The notes under the pieces are model-generated. The model worked only from the letters and a program-made list of their open reading frames with translations, did not search any database and was not told where the DNA came from. The position numbers and the translations under genes were made by a program. A stretch of 64,000 bases of DNA, taken from the human T2T-CHM13v2.0 reference genome, Homo sapiens. Below, piece by piece: positions 1-15,789 of this stretch. Every line of letters starts with the position of its first letter. Within the stretch, counting starts at the first letter, position 1. The stretch is from contig CP068257.2 in NCBI GenBank assembly GCA_009914755.4, positions 2,944,001-3,008,000 of the forward strand. Reading direction: 5' to 3'.

Positions 1-1050
1 GGTTACAGCCTACTGTGTTTCTGATGCCCACTGAGCTTTGCTGGAGCAGCTGGAACAAGTAACAGTCACACACCTCATGTTGTTATCAGTGATGTCCACA
101 TTATCATGTGGTCAAAAGGGGAAGGGATATTAGAGATCCCCCATATAATCACTTAGCCAGTCTTTTTTCCCTTGCGCTCACCATTTGCCAGCGACCCTGG
201 TGGGTCCAACATGTGGTACAGAAAACTATTACATCATGTCTGCACCCCCCAACCCAGGACCAAACAGTCTGAGGACCGCTGGACAAAAGCACTAAAGCAA
301 GTATATGTGAAAGAAAAAAGCAAGGACTATAATATAAAGTAGATTATTGAGAAGAAAACCTGGAAAATTATTGCATGGGAGGACCTCAGGCCTCACTGAG
401 GTGACTTTTAATCCATGATGAGGATGACAGCAGGGAGGCATCTGCACAAGCATGTGTCAGGGAGAAGCCACCCTTAGTGAAAAGACTCATAGGTGTGAGT
501 TTGGCAGAGGTAAAAAGGGACTAGTTTGGCTGCAGACAGCCTGAGAAAGAGATAAGCAGAGGGATGGAGAATCCTAGGGCCTGGGAGATGAGGTTAGATA
601 TCTGCTCCTTTCTGACAACATTGCCCTAAAAGTCAGCACTTTTCAACAACATATAATATCTCATAATGTGTGTGGACCAGAATCTGGACACAGTTCAGCT
701 GGCTACCTCTGCCTTCAGGTCTTTTATGAGACTGGGGGCTGTGGTCTTAACTGAAGCTGGACTGGGAAAGCATGAGCCTTTAAGCTGACTCATGTGAAAA
801 TTGACAGGGTTTAGTGTGGCTGGAGAGCCTGACTTTCCTTCTCTCTACTCATCTGAGCACCCCCTCACCCTTTGTTATGTGGGTCTCTACATGGAGCATC
901 TCATAGCATTGGAGCTTGCTTCCTGTGTTTGAGGAATACAATAGACAGAATTAGACAAAAAGGTTTACACAAAAAGAGACAGAAAGATCGAGGGCGCAAA
1001 CGAGAAAAACCCAGTAGGAGAAAAATTAGAGCTTTAAAAACATCTTGACA

Positions 1051-1344
<294 letters not shown>

Positions 1345-2369
1345 GAAAAGAAAGAAAGAAAGAAAGAAAGAAAGAAAAAAAACTTGAGAGTTACTATAAT
1401 TTTTCTTCTATATTTGTGTTAAAATTGTAACCCCGGGCGTAATGCTATAAGGAGGTAGAAAGTAATTAACCCCTTAGGGTGGGACCCTCATAATACAGAT
1501 TACTGGCTTTATACAAGAAACCGCAGAGGGCTCTCATCCTCCTGCAAAATGAGGGTAAAACCTGAAGTGTGCAGGCTGAAATTCAGAAGCCAGTCATCAC
1601 CAGATCTCAACCATGCTGACACCCTGATCTCAAATTTGAACCTCTGGAGGTATGAGAAATTAAGTCCTGTTGTCTATATGCTGCCTATCTATGGTTCTTT
1701 GGCATAGCAGCCTGAACTAATACAAAAGGGATATCCTTTTCTGTGTTTCATTGTAGAGAAGCTGAATTTGTACCCCCTATACTGTTAAAAAAAAGACTTA
1801 AAAAATGGATCTTCAGAATGAAAGATAGGAAACGGCTTGTTGAAACACTAAAATTTTAACTGCTATAAGTTTTTTAAACATTGGCTGAAATTGTTGGAAC
1901 CAATATGGCCAACTGAAGTCCATGAAGCATCAGTTTGCAGACTTTGGAGCCCAAATTTCCATTGTGTGCTTCATACTAACTCTCCCTGAATTTGTATGTG
2001 ACCTGTGAGGAAACAAGAAGAGATGACTGTATATGTCTCATGACTTTCCATATTCCTACTTTCCTTCCAGCAATCCCCTACAGAACCCACCTATTAGGCC
2101 TTTTCTAATCACTGCCTTAAAGCCAGTATGACAAAACAAATTTGATTTGAACTCCTATCTCCTTGTTAGCCAACATACAAGATGATATTTTCCTCAAAAC
2201 CGAAGGGCCATAGTACTGGCATCAGGAAGTATTCCATTTTATTCAATAAAAAACTGAGTCACTCAATACCTAGTACTGGGAGACTTTGTGAAGACTTCCT
2301 CTGTCATAGATGTGATAAGGCACATGGATATGATTCTAAATATAAAGAGAAAGCACTAGAAAGTTGAAT

Positions 2370-2700
2370 TCCTGTATTAGATCATTCTCATACTGCAATG
2401 ATGGAGTACCTGAGACTGGGTAACTTATAAAGTAAAGAAGTTTAATTGACTCACATTTCCACATAATTGTGGGGGCACCTCAGAAACCTTCCAATTACAG
2501 TGGCTGACAAGTGAAGTGAGTGAGAGCATGGGATGTACCAGATGCTTATGAAACTATCAGATCTCGTGAGAACTCACTATCACAAGAACAGCATGAGGAG
2601 AACCCGTCCCCATAATCCAATCATCTCCCCTCAGGTTTTCCCTTAACACCTAGGGGTTATAATACACAATGAGTTTTGGGTGGGGACGCACAGCTAAACT
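2370..2700 (+). mobile_element. MaLR-type LTR fragment (THE1/MST-like)
   Basis: Contains 'gagactgggtaacttataaag' and 'actcactatcacaagaacagcatgaggagaacccgtccccataatccaatcatctcccctcagg', motifs characteristic of MaLR LTR consensus sequences. Confidence 0.45.
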
Positions 2701-2926
2701 ATATGAATGCCAGAGGACAGTATCTACATTTAATTTCAACTTCATACTGGAGCAGAATGAAAATGAGGCCCAGTGGAGAAGTGATATTTCCAAGATCACC
2801 CTGGCAGACACCAGGCCTGTTTGAGTTGTGGCCCATGCTACCTCCCACCTATTCTCCTAATGCTTCCATCTCTAAGTGTGTGCATTATCTACAGGTGACA
2901 CTACATCATTATTTTTATGTCTTATC

Positions 2927-3237
<311 letters not shown>

Positions 3238-4149
3238 ACTGTCTTATCTTATATACACCTAATACATTCCCTAGGAAGTAGATGTTAGCATCATCACCAC
3301 TGTGCATGTTAGGAGGCTGGGGAAGCCTTGAATACAGTGACTTTTACTGGGTCCCAGAGATGGTAAGAAAAACAAAGTTATGTTCCAGCTGTCTCTTCTC
3401 TCCTGGAACCCAGGTTGCATTTAGGTCTTTCCAGGGAATTAAGGGGAAGTTGTGTTTGCATAATTGTGTACAAATAAAGAGTTGACATGGAAGAGGAGAC
3501 TGAGCAATCAGTAGCATAGTGGGGCCTTTCGGTATGTCTTACAGAAACATAGGGCCCAGTAGATGGAACCTTGAAGAGTTTAACACACTTTCTTGGTGTC
3601 AGAACCCAACAGCAGTTAAGAAACCAGGAATCCACATTCTTGAGACAGCTCTGTATCCACCTCTGTTTGTGAGAGTTGCTCAAGAGAGTGAGATGCTCTT
3701 TCATTGTGCCCTGAAATTTCTGAGTTTCAGCCTTACAAAGGCTCAATGTAAAAGTCTTATCTGATAACACAGATGTCAACTGAGCCCTCATCACTGATGT
3801 CCCTGGCTATTGGCCGGGTGCACCTACAAATAACACAGGGCAGCCCAGGACAGGCCCCTCCAAGCCATCCTCTCTTGTCAACTCATCTGGGCAGTTCCAC
3901 ACCACTTCTTAGTACCATGAGTTGGATGGGGAGCAAGAGGGAGGGCACTCTTCTTGGACTGAAGTAGATTGTCGGGTGTTGGAACTCTTGTGTACCTGTC
4001 ATGTTCATACCTAGGCCATAGCTGGCAGAATAAAAAGAAGAGGGTTGGAGAATGAGTCTGTGTACTCAGATGTGAATTCCAAGACTTTAACTTGTCCTCT
4101 GGTTTCCTTCCTTCATGGAGATTTATACAGATTCTCCTTATGTGCCTAA

Positions 4150-4330
4150 TCTGAAGAGCAGAATTTCTTTTATTTTCTTTTTTCTTTTTTCCTTTCTTCT
4201 TTTCTCTTTTCTTTTCTTTCTTTCTCTTTCTTTCTTTCTTCTTTCTTTCTTTTTTTTCTTTCTCTTTCTTTCTTTCCATCTCTCTCTTTCTTTCTTTCTT
4301 TCCTTCTCTCTCTCTTTCTTTTTTATTTAT
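4150..4330. repeat. (TTTC)n / (CTTT)n pyrimidine-rich microsatellite followed by a short Alu-derived fragment
   Basis: Runs of 'ttcttttctctttcttt...' are visible directly. The overlapping ORFs (FLFSFLL... and KKEREREG...) are translation artefacts of this repeat. Confidence 0.9.
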
Positions 4331-5344
4331 CATGAAGTCTCACTCTGTTACCCAGGCTGGAGTGCAGAGAAAAGCAGAATTTCTAATGGAGGTGTCACAT
4401 ACGGTCAAAGCAAGGCAGAACACAGACTTTTCTTTGCGTGGTTTCTAGGCACATTTACAAAGCTGCATTCAGATTGATGAGGAGCTTCATCATTCAGTTT
4501 AATGTGGCCAACTCCTCCCTCTTTTTGGAAAAGAGCAGGTGCACTAAACCAGCAAACACAGCCAGCACTGGGCTGTGCTGAGAGCAGCCACATAGGGGTC
4601 TCTACAGACAGAAACCCGAGAAGACCGGGAAAGAACCAGGACCCAGACTCAAATATGAAAAATCTCTGGGCTTTGTCCTACGGCCTTCCCATGAGTAACT
4701 CATAGCCTTGTTCCAGTGGAATCTGGCCTTCACTAGTCTCAGTGGCAAGTTGGTTATGTGGAAAGTCTCTCTTCACACACTTGTGCGAATAACGATAAAG
4801 AATTTTGTATTGTTTTCACTCTACATTAGACCATGAGTATTTATGCCTGTGGCTGCAGTTTGTATTAGTTTCCGGCCCCAGGTATCTCCTGCAGCATGCA
4901 GCTTCAGTCCTATCGGACCCTCAAAACTTAAAAGCTAACACTATTACTAGGGAGGATTTCGCAGGAAAATGGTGAGAGGGTTACACACAAAAAAGGTTAA
5001 ACTACTCTATGCATGTTTCTGCAATGTGTTATCTCAGGAACTCATTTCTGTAGCCCATCAGGGCAGGAGCTGGGCTCTCACCTGTTGATAATATTCCATA
5101 AGGGAGGTTCTTCCCCACAGTGTTTAGTCTTCCAACGCTGGTACAGCCTGACATGATGACATTCTACTTTCATGTCGGTCATGCTGCAGGGAAAATTCTG
5201 TGAGTGTCCTAATAGGCTGGAATAATTTGCTAGGGTGAACCCCATCTTTGGTGCTCACTTTTCTGTTATCTTGTAATTAGCTTTATTCTCAGCAAATCCA
5301 TGTCTATTTTATTTATCTGTTTATTTACTTATTTTTATGTATGG

Positions 5345-5648
5345 AAAAACACTTTTTTTTATTTACTTATTTATTTAGAGACAGGGTCTCCGTCTGTTAC
5401 CCAAGCTGGAGTACAGTGGTAGAGTGCTGTGATCATGGCTCATTGCAGCTTCAAACTCTTGGGCTCAAATGATTCTCTCACCTCAGCCTCCTGTGCCACC
5501 ATGCCCTGCTAGTTGATTTTAATTTTTTATAAAGAAGGAGACTCATTAGGCAGCCCAGGCTGGTCTCAAACTCCTGGGCCCAAGCAATTCTCTCATCTCA
5601 GCCTCCCAAAGCACTGGGATTAAAAACATGAGCCACTGTACTGAGCTG
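5345..5648 (-). mobile_element. Alu SINE on the minus strand
   Basis: 'agagacagggtctccgtctgttacccaagctggagtacagtgg...cctcccaaagcactgggattaaaaacatgagccactgtac'. Confidence 0.85.
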
Positions 5649-5841
5649 TGCCTACTTCAAAAGACTGAAAATAAAAAATCAATAAATCTTTGCCAAATTA
5701 AAAAACAAAACAATAGTTTCCAGGTCTTAGACAAAGACAATTCTGTGTCATGAAGGTGGCAAAAGGCTTATTTAGCTGTTAAAATGATTTGCTTATATTT
5801 CAAAGAAGCAGAGAAAAAAAGATACATATAAAAGTTTTCCA

Positions 5842-6460
5842 GGCCAGGCACGGCTGTTCATGCCTGTAATCCCAACATTTGGGGAGGCCAAGGCAGGAGG
5901 ATATCTTGAAGCCAAATGTTTGAGTCCAGTACAGGCAACATGGTGAAATTCTGTCACCATAAAAAAATAAATAAAATAAATATGGCTGGGCATGGTGGTT
6001 CACGCTTGTAATACCAGCACTTTGGGAGTCGGAGGCAGGTGGATAATGAGGTCAGGGGTTCGAGACCAGCCTGGCCAAAATGGTGAAACCCTTTCTCTCC
6101 TAAAAATAATAACAGTAAAAAATCAGCCAGGCATGGTGCTGTGCGCCTGTAATGCCAGCTACTCAAAAGGTTGAAGCAAGAGAATTGCTTGAACCTGGGA
6201 GGTGGAGGTTGCATTGAGCTAAGATCATGCCACTACACTCTAGCCTGACCCACAGAGCAAGACACTGTCTTGAATAAATAAATAAATAAATAAATAAATA
6301 AAGTTAGCCAGGCCTGGAGGTGCATGCCTATAGTCCTAGGTAATTAAGAGGTTGAGGCAGGAGGACTGCTCAAACCCAAGAAGTTAAGGTTATAGTGAGC
6401 TATGATTATGCCATTGCACTTCAGACTAAGCAAAAGAGTAAGATTCCATCTCAAAAAATT
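5842..6460 (+). mobile_element. Cluster of three adjacent plus-strand Alu-derived elements with an (AAAT)n tail
   Basis: A free left Alu monomer lies at 5842-5975. A full Alu lies at about 5985-6300 and starts 'ggctgggcatggtggttcacgcttgtaataccagcactttgggag'. A partial right arm lies at 6303-6460. The (AAAT)n tract is at 6255-6300. Confidence 0.85.
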
Positions 6461-8586
6461 ACTAAAAAAAGTTCTCTAAATTACATTGTTTAAGAAAAGG
6501 GAAAAGAAAAAATATCTTTTTTAATTTTCAAATGGGAGGATAGAGCCTCTCATTTCTAATATGTATTTCCTTCTGCAAAAACATGGCCTAGGCCCATGGT
6601 CTTGAACTACTGGACATCTGAATTTTAGTAGGTGCTGGATTCAGGCAACTGAGGGGTGGCTTGGACACACTAAGTGCACGTAAATAAAAGGTTTGAGGTG
6701 AACTAAAAGGTAAAAGAGGGGAAGGTGCTATTAAGAACCCACAATTGGGAGACATTACAGGGTTGGTGGAAGGACTGGTTCATGCTACAGATACTGACCC
6801 AGGTGAAACTTTACTCTGACTTATTTCTGTGTCCATGCAGGAAGACGAGATTATGATCAGGTGGCACAGAAACCTGGGATGGTGAAAAAACCAGGTTGCC
6901 CCTGCAGATTCGGTGTCTGAGGTAGAGCATATGCCAGGGGTCTTGTAGGCACGTGTGTGGGTTTTTGGTGGGAAAGTCTATGAGGATAGGTAGCATGGGC
7001 CACAATCTTTATGCCGAAGCCCTGTGCTGGGAGGGGCTTGACCACGTCAACATGCAGTGTGTATGTTCAGTGGGTGAAAAACATGTGGTGGCCTCAGGTT
7101 GGCAGGAGGGTAGAAGGCATCTGTTCTCAGAACTTCTTCCCTCAGAGTCGTCGGTCCTTCTTACCATGGGAGGATGCCTGGAACCACAGGGCAGTGCATG
7201 GTGTAGCAGCCTGTGTGCAGAGCAGAGCCTACCTTCCCCGAGACACCTGGAGTCTCTCTCCAGCAGAGGCCCCCACATTGTCTTTCTTTTTATGTTTTTG
7301 ATCCTAAATGTGGAAAGTTCCCTGAAAACCCACTGATTCTCCAACACCCATTTGTTGCCTCAAAATTTAATTCTGACACAACTTAGAGTTCGCACAGACC
7401 CCACAAATTCAGGGCTCAGTCCCACATCACCTCTCTCACTGTAGAGGAGAGTTACACATCCCTGAAGCCCATCTACACTTCTGAGCTACCTCCTATAAAT
7501 CTGAGACTAGCATAAACCCCTTTTCAAGTTAAATAATTTGATAGAATTACTAAAAAGAAAACCTCAACAAATAACTGTAATTATATTTACTACTTTATTA
7601 TAAAAATATAACTCAGAAACAGCCAAATGGAAGAGATGTCTAGGGCAAGGAACAGTTGTGGGTGAAGGTAATCCTGGAAATAGCTATATTTAAAGAAATT
7701 CCCCCATTCTTTGCATTCTCAAAGAACAGCTTAGTGAAGAGAAATGTGCTTCCCGTGATGACTTTGAGGATGCTCCCTGCTGTTTTTTTAACCTATCACA
7801 AAAATGGACACAGGTTGCAAATTCCCATTTTTAAAAATCAACAACCATTCAGTAATTTAGTCTTCAGTGGTCAAAATAACATACTCTTTACAGAAACTTT
7901 GCTTGTTTCTCTTCTTCCAAACAGCCCCTGAACTTTGACTCACCCACAGCTTCAGCAAACCTACAACCCTTATTTATACATAACCCTCCTAAGAACAGGC
8001 TGAGTTCAAGGTGAAACATTATCTTATCTGGGATCTCATTTTGCTACCCTCCATCCTGTGCTTCCTTTCCAACCTTCTTTGTAAACTTGTTTTCTCCTCC
8101 CTATGAAATAAGGCACTTTTCCACCTAACCTTAGAGATACTCAAAGATCTAATCATTTGTACTTTTTCTTTGTTGCAATACTTCTTAGGTAACTTCTTAG
8201 ACCAAGTCTAGAAACAGTCTGAGGACAATAACAATTCCATTCTAAAAAGAATCTCCCAACATTTCTTCTATCTCTACCTCAACTGCATCTGCCTGTGAAC
8301 TTCCAGCTTACCAAGGCTCTATATCTTCTGGCAGTGACAAAGGCTCCTTCCATGATTGGTGTGAGTAGGCTTGGACACCTGCAGGGCAGACACCCAGGAA
8401 TAATCAACTGAGCCTTCAGTGGTCCTCTTTTGCTGGGTCAAGGTGGGCCTTAGCTTTTAGTCGATGGTCTAAGACTTCTACTTACCAGTTAGTCATTCAG
8501 TTAGTTTCCAATTCAAAAAATACTTCATGTTTGAAGAATCCAGCAAAAATTATTCAAATCTAAGGTATAAAAGAGAGGAAATTACA

Positions 8587-8898
<312 letters not shown>

Positions 8899-10226
8899 TT
8901 ATAAGGGGCTTATATCTTATAATTCATCAAGAAAAGCCAAAGTATCTATCCCTTTCAGAAAATAAACATGTAATTTAATTATGTTCATAACAAATCATTT
9001 AGTAAACAATCATATGTGAACACTTCCAGGCGGTGCCAAGTCCCAGCTCCTAAAACTTAGCGTTACCCTCAAACACCCAGATGACAGCATATGAAACAGA
9101 GATATTCACTATCAGAAGTTCTCTGTTTTGAAAAAAGAATAACTGATGTGATAAATTTATGTAATTTAACAATTAATCTACCTCACGTGCTTGTAGGTAT
9201 GTATTCATTTCCTACCACCGTAGTGGAAGAGAGACTATCCCTATCTATACACCTGGTAACATTCCCAACAGTAAGCCGTGAGATTCTGCTTGAAATCACC
9301 TCTCAGACAAATAAAAAACAGTCCTGGGAAATGTACAACACTCATTCTGCTAAAGAAATAGGCAAGTAACAATTTTTAACAAGTGAAATATATTACTACT
9401 TAATTTTATTCAAAATTCACCAACTTAATGTGCTTTATAAATATTCTCATATCTTTGAAGCTCTACTGATAAAACATAATTTACAGTTAATGAAAAAGTG
9501 AAGTTAAAATAAATACAATCATATTTTCAAGGTGACAAAATTAGAAGGTGACAATGCTGATTGAAACACAGACATATCTGACCCAAGGGTCAAGTCAAGC
9601 CGTTCTATTACTTGGGATATTTTCCCTGCTCCTATCTGGTTCAGTGATGTGGGTCATGAGCGTCCTACCAGGAGCTGCTACGCTCTGCTCCACTGTGTCT
9701 GTAAGGTGCATTTTACTTTGCAGGTTTTTGCACTGCCTCACTAGGTTGGGTTTCTTTATCCTTTGAAATATTTTCTCTCCCTTCACCAATCTGAGGACAT
9801 TTTTTCCTCAATATCAGCATCCAGTTGCCTGGCCTGCAATGTGTCTCTAAGGAATGGAAACTAAGCGTTGGGGTAAGAAATTCTTAATGTCCTAAGGGGT
9901 TTGCTTTTAACGCAAAGGTATACGTGGAGATTCCTTCCAGGTATAGTGCATCCAACCACTCCAAAAAGAGGCTGCATTCCCATACCTTGGGCTGTTCCCT
10001 GAGAGGAGATGACACAAGGGATGCTATTTACTAGACACTTCAAGAGTCATGGCCAGTGTTGGTATCTTGGGGATTCTCAAGCAGTTTTGAAACCCAAAAC
10101 CAAGAAAATAACACAGGATGGCTGAGGATGTATTGCCCTGTGAGGTTTCTGAAATGAAACCTCAACCCAAAGACATTCTGATGGGGTGTCTGTGCCAAGG
10201 CAAGATTAAAGAAAGGGGCACAAATA

Positions 10227-10257
<31 letters not shown>

Positions 10258-11145
10258 ACTGTGGATTGTCAGGGGATTATTATCTGCTTTCATGTCCTGT
10301 AAAATGTTTACAAATGAAAAATATTTTTTTAAGTGCCATCCACTGCTTTTTGAAAAAATGCAGAATTAAAATACTGTGTCTAAAATGTACAATAAAGAAC
10401 AGTTGATAATGTTGTGAGTTACACAAGGTTAGTTAGTGTTGGTAAGTGTCAGGAAAGAACTGGAAATTTAAACTCTGACTGCAAGCAAGAGTTAGGCTGG
10501 GGTAACAGGGTGGTAGATTTGAGGCTCTTCTTGCCACACATTTGGAAAATGCATGAGAAAACGAATTCTTTTTTGGAGCATTAAAACAACTAAAAAACAG
10601 GCGATTGCATTGAGGTGGCTCTAGTGTACTGACCTCTGAGTGGAGAGACAGGCAAAGGCATCCCTAGATCCAAAAAGCTGTCCATTCTTCTCCAGCTGTG
10701 CACCTGATTAGATAATTTCCACTCCAGCACCCGTGACTGGATATAGTTCAATTCCCCACCAAGCCCCCTCAGGCCATGAGTGACATATGTGATTTGACAC
10801 TGGATTGAATAAAGCAAGAATTATAGGTTTTTCCTGGATCCTTTTCTGGCAGGGCTTCCTTCATGCACTGGACACTGGCCCTGCCTGTAAAATACTTGCA
10901 TTTTCATTTGTGTGTAAGATTATTTGTATTTATGAAAAATATATATGTGTTATTCATACATGGAAGCAATATAATGACAATTATTTTAAAATTTCAGATT
11001 TTTTACTTTCCTGGCACACCCAGGTTTTAGAGCAGGCAGCCTGAGATTTCAAAAATGAGGCAATTCTCTAAGAAATAATATGTGAGGCACATGTGAATTT
11101 TAAATATTCTAGTAGCTACATTTTAATAAATACACCAGGCATGGT

Positions 11146-11430
11146 TGCCTGTGCCTGTAGGTTGAAATGTTTGGGAGACTGATGTGGGAGGATCATTTGA
11201 GGCAAGGAGTTTGAGACTAGCCCATGCAGCATAGAGAAAGCCATCTCAACAACAACAACAACAAAAAAAATTGAAAAATTAGCCACGCCTGGTGTATGCC
11301 TTCAGTCCCAGCTACTCAGAAGGCTGGAGCTGGAGGATCACCTGAGCCTGGGAGGTCAAGGCTGCAGTGAGCCATGATCACACCACTGCACTCCAGCCTC
11401 ACTGACAGAACAAAACTCTGACTCAAAAAA
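11146..11430 (+). mobile_element. Alu SINE with a (CAA)n-rich mid linker
   Basis: Starts 'ccaggcatggttgcctgtgcctgtagg'. Ends 'gccatgatcacaccactgcactccagcctcactgacagaacaaaactctgactcaaaaaa'. Confidence 0.85.
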
Positions 11431-12671
11431 CTGATCTCTGGAAAGGCATTTTCTTTTTCTGCAACGTAGCCAAATAGCTAAATTTGTATTGAAGCCATCC
11501 TTTAATTTTTAACAGGGCAAGAATATTTTCTAAGACCCTGAACTCCAGATATGTGATGGGGCAAATCCTGAAGCGTACATGGCTATCTCTCACAGCTAAA
11601 GCACCCCTCACCCCTATCCTGCGCTTCTTACCCCTGGCGCAAGAGAATCACCTGCGGGGAGGAAAACTTTCAAAATCCCTTAAACCCAAGTTGTAACCGC
11701 TCAACTAAATCAGAATCCTTGGAGCTGGATCTGAAAAAAATACGGTTGAAAGTCGTGCAGGTGATTACAATGTGTAGGCAAGCCAGAAAACCATGGCTTT
11801 AACGAGCAGCTTTTGTTAGAAATGATTTCTCCAATGAATGTAAAAACGTTTGCTGCTGAATTGTGACCTTTCAATTTTACCTGCTTTTCCTGCAAAGTAT
11901 ATTTTGCAGACCCAGGCTGGCTTCTCCTTCTGTTCATGGTTCACCCAGTGCCGTGTGTGCTCAGTGCATCCTGTGCACGGGTCACTGTGCTGTGTGCGCT
12001 GGCCTGGGTGAGCATCATTCTTCGGGGAGAACCTTTCTGAAAACAAAGCTGCAATCCAAAAAGTTGAAACCATGCTACTTACTGTACTGAGGTAAAAATT
12101 AAAAGACCTAGGGGACTCTTCCAAAAGTTAAAACGTAAATAAATATCTTGGAACATTAATATACACCTGACGATGTCCTGAGTGAACACGCCCCACTTTA
12201 AAACAAAACAAAACATTACTATTATTCTAAAATATTAATTTAGGATTGTTATGCAAATATGTACTATTTAAATATTTATTGATGAATAACTTGCATACAG
12301 CAATATAGGAACAAAATATTTATGGAATGCTTGATGAATTATTACTAAATAAATACACTTGTGTATGTAAGAATCAGATTTGCTCATGCCCTTGACACTT
12401 TCTCCTTCCCAAAGGTAACCAAGACCTTAAGAGCTAAGTGTAGATAAACTTTGTCATTTTCTACACGTGTTTTATTACAGAACATTAAAAACGTATACAT
12501 AATACAAAAAAAGGATAACAGACCAGTCACCCAGATTTAACAGCTACTAGTCATGTGTCATTTTTGTTTCACCTATACTTCCAGCCATTCCCACCCCAAT
12601 TTCATTATTTTTTAGCCTTTTTGGATAAAATGTATATTCATTGCAAGGTACAATGTGAACTGTGAATAGTA

Positions 12672-12785
12672 GAGAGATGGGGTTTCACCATGTTGACCAT
12701 GCTAGTCTTGAACTCCTGTCCTCAGGTGATCCACCTGCTTCGGCTTCCCAAATTGCTGGGATTACAGGCATAAGCCAATATACTC
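12672..12785 (-). mobile_element. Alu fragment on the minus strand
   Basis: 'gagatggggtttcaccatgttgaccatgctagtcttgaactcctg...cccaaattgctgggattacaggcataagcc'. Confidence 0.75.
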
Positions 12786-15700
12786 AGCCTGAGAATTCAT
12801 ACTTCTAAGAAAGTACAAATCCATAGGGCACATGAGAACTGCAATGTCTATCTACAGTAAATACAGTTTGATAAATAAAATGAAAGGCAATTAACCTAAG
12901 GTGAAAAAAAAAACAAAAAACAATCAAAGCATGGGTACTATGTGTCATCTGTAAGAGCATTTGGTTAAGAATAACAAACAAACCAGTTTTATCGTTTTAA
13001 TAGCCGAAATTGGCAAAATTTCTAGTTTTTCTTTCATAGGAATGCTCTTTGCAAGAAAAAATTTTCATATAGTGAGAGCAAAAATGGCAACCATTTGCAA
13101 GTAAATGTCTTATGAAATTAAGTAGCAGATATCAAGCTCATGACCTTCAGATAGTTACCCCTAACTCAATCACTTACATAGCAAGTGCAGATAATTTTCA
13201 TAGCTCCCTATTAAAATTATATTTGAATGCCCTTACAAATTGTGACTGTTTTTAAATAAAGTTGACCAACTAAAATTTTGTATATGACATATGATAAATT
13301 CCCCTTCAAGTCACCTTACATTTACTTAATTTTATTAGGCAGTGTCTGTCTACCACCCAATAATACTTGACGTTTCTCCCTCCATTTGCACAGGCATCAT
13401 AGCTGGGAAACGGATTCACAAGACCCAGGCTGTTCCCTACATATGTTTCCTCCTCCGACATCAGTTCATCAGTCAATCAAGCCATGTGAGAGTGGAGGCC
13501 TTGTATTCCCTATTATTCTTGGGCACTCTACTCCAAGTAGGAAAAGGCCAGGAGGTCCTGTTAAAGGATGCACTCAGAGCCCGGGCTCCCTAACATATGA
13601 GAGTGCTAACCAGCAGGTGTAGACTTTTCAGGAGTGAAGAATGAGGCAGGCATTCCAAACCTGGACCTTCATCACCTTTTGTTTCATCTCAAGACAATTC
13701 TGAGGGACTGTTTTGGAGCGTGTCTGGAAGGTGAACCTTGAAGAAGAGTGTGGGCTTTGATGTGACTCAGTTGAGATCTTTCATGAGGAGGCAGGAATTC
13801 AATGCCCAGAATCTGGGCTGGTGTCTTTGAGGTCAGTGGGTTGCGTCTTTGTATCCAAGTCCATTGTTACTAGGTTGGAGGCTGGAGATTCTAAATGGCT
13901 TCCAGACCATCTCTCTGATTCTCTTTGGGAGATGGGGTCTGAAAGACAATATCAGTAGTTTTGGGAAATTCTAGAAAGTGTGCTTGGAAACGTGGGAAGA
14001 GCTCTTGCCTAGTGCCTAAATGCTCCATTTGCAGCTCTAGCCAAGTAGATACTTGGTAGGTATAGAGCTGGGTTTGCGTTTATATCAGCAAAACCTATAT
14101 CAGAGTTGAAGAAGTAGTCAGGAAAAAGCGTCTTGGTCGCAGGCCGGGGAACATCTTAAAAGCAAACTTCTAGCCTGCTGACTCTTGGCAATGAGTGTTG
14201 GATCCTGGCTAAAGTGCCTTGAATGCAGCATGAGGCCAATCCATGAATCCAACTTCTCATGGAGAAATGTTAATATTTTTTCAGTTTGAATCAATCAGGG
14301 TGAAACTACCATGCTATTGGTTTGCTTACTTTTTATTATTTCATGTAAAATCTAAGACAAAATACATTAAATGCTTATTGACATATGTATTTATTCTTCA
14401 CCAGGCTGATAATATCTGCCTAATTTTAAACTTTCTTCCATTTTGTAGGTTTCAACTTATTCTATTGTAAGATACTGTTAAATCTAATAGAGGCATTGTC
14501 ACTTTTACGTATAATTTTATTTTATTTCATATATTTCCTATTGGCTTTTTACATTTAAATTATGGAGCACTTCATCATATAAAAAACTTCAATTATATTT
14601 AAACAGTAAGTCTTTGGATTTTTTTGCCTTGTAATTTCCATATTACATAATAATGAGATAAACATTAATGTTTTCAGGGTACTTTAAATTTTAGATAATT
14701 ACTCATTGTATTCATGTGAAATTTGTTTTTACTGCATGTGTGGGTTGGAGGTCTGTTTTCACTTCTGATTCATCTTTACTCTTATCTCATCAGAGCTCAT
14801 ACCTCTTGTAGTTGGGGGATTGCAGTTTATAATTCCAATAAATGGGGCAAATTCAATAATAACATAATACAAATGAGTTTGAATGCAGGACAGGTCTTCA
14901 AAGCATACACAACATGGGCCTACATATGTACAACAATAATAATTTATAAGTTACTGTTTGGATGGAAAGTAAAAGTACAGAAAATTTGTTAAAGGAAATT
15001 AAAATGGAGATCATGTCTCAATAATCTCTGAGCAGACAAAATTAGTTAGGTCTCATAAGTGATCTCAACCTCGCTTGATTTGCAAATACAAACAAAACTT
15101 ACATTATTTCTTGTAGCTGCATATTGAAAAAAGAGAAATGAAGCTCAACCAGTCAGAAGTAGCCAACAACCTTATATAAATAGAAACTGTCCAACAAGGT
15201 AAACAGACAAACAAAAAACAATAAAAAAAGTTGTGCTACCACCAAATGATTTCTTTGTTTCTACATTTTTCAAATAAATACTTGCTTCTTACACTGTCAA
15301 TGAAGCACTCAATATCTTTCCGTCTGATATTTTATAATTTATCAATTGCTCTTACTCAAATAAACACTTTGCAATTTCATTGTGTCTCAAATTACTTTTT
15401 AGCAGAATAAACTAGGAATAAATATTACAAAAATATCTACGGAATATGGAAAAAACATAGAAAGTTTATGAAATATATGAATGTAGACATAAGCAAATAG
15501 ACAATTTGTATCATATTCTTAGGCAGAAAAACTCAATATTATCAACATCAATTGTCCTTATAGTTATTTATAAATTCAATTTTGTTCCTATACTGATACC
15601 ATTAAACATTGCAAGTACACGTTACTATAAAATGTTATATAGATGAAAACACAAACAAGAATAGACAAGAAAACTCTGAAAAAAAAAAAAAAAAAACCAC

Positions 15701-15789
15701 TGGCAAGCCCTGTGTAAAATCTTGATTGATTAAAAAACTCATGGATCACTGAAACTAAAAATTCAGAAATAAACCAAAGTGTCTAAGAA

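Noticed and set aside
3878-4477. 151-aa (minus) and 120-aa (plus) ORFs with KKEREREGKKERK / FLFSFLLF composition
   Set aside because: Artefact of the (TTTC)n simple repeat at 4150-4330.
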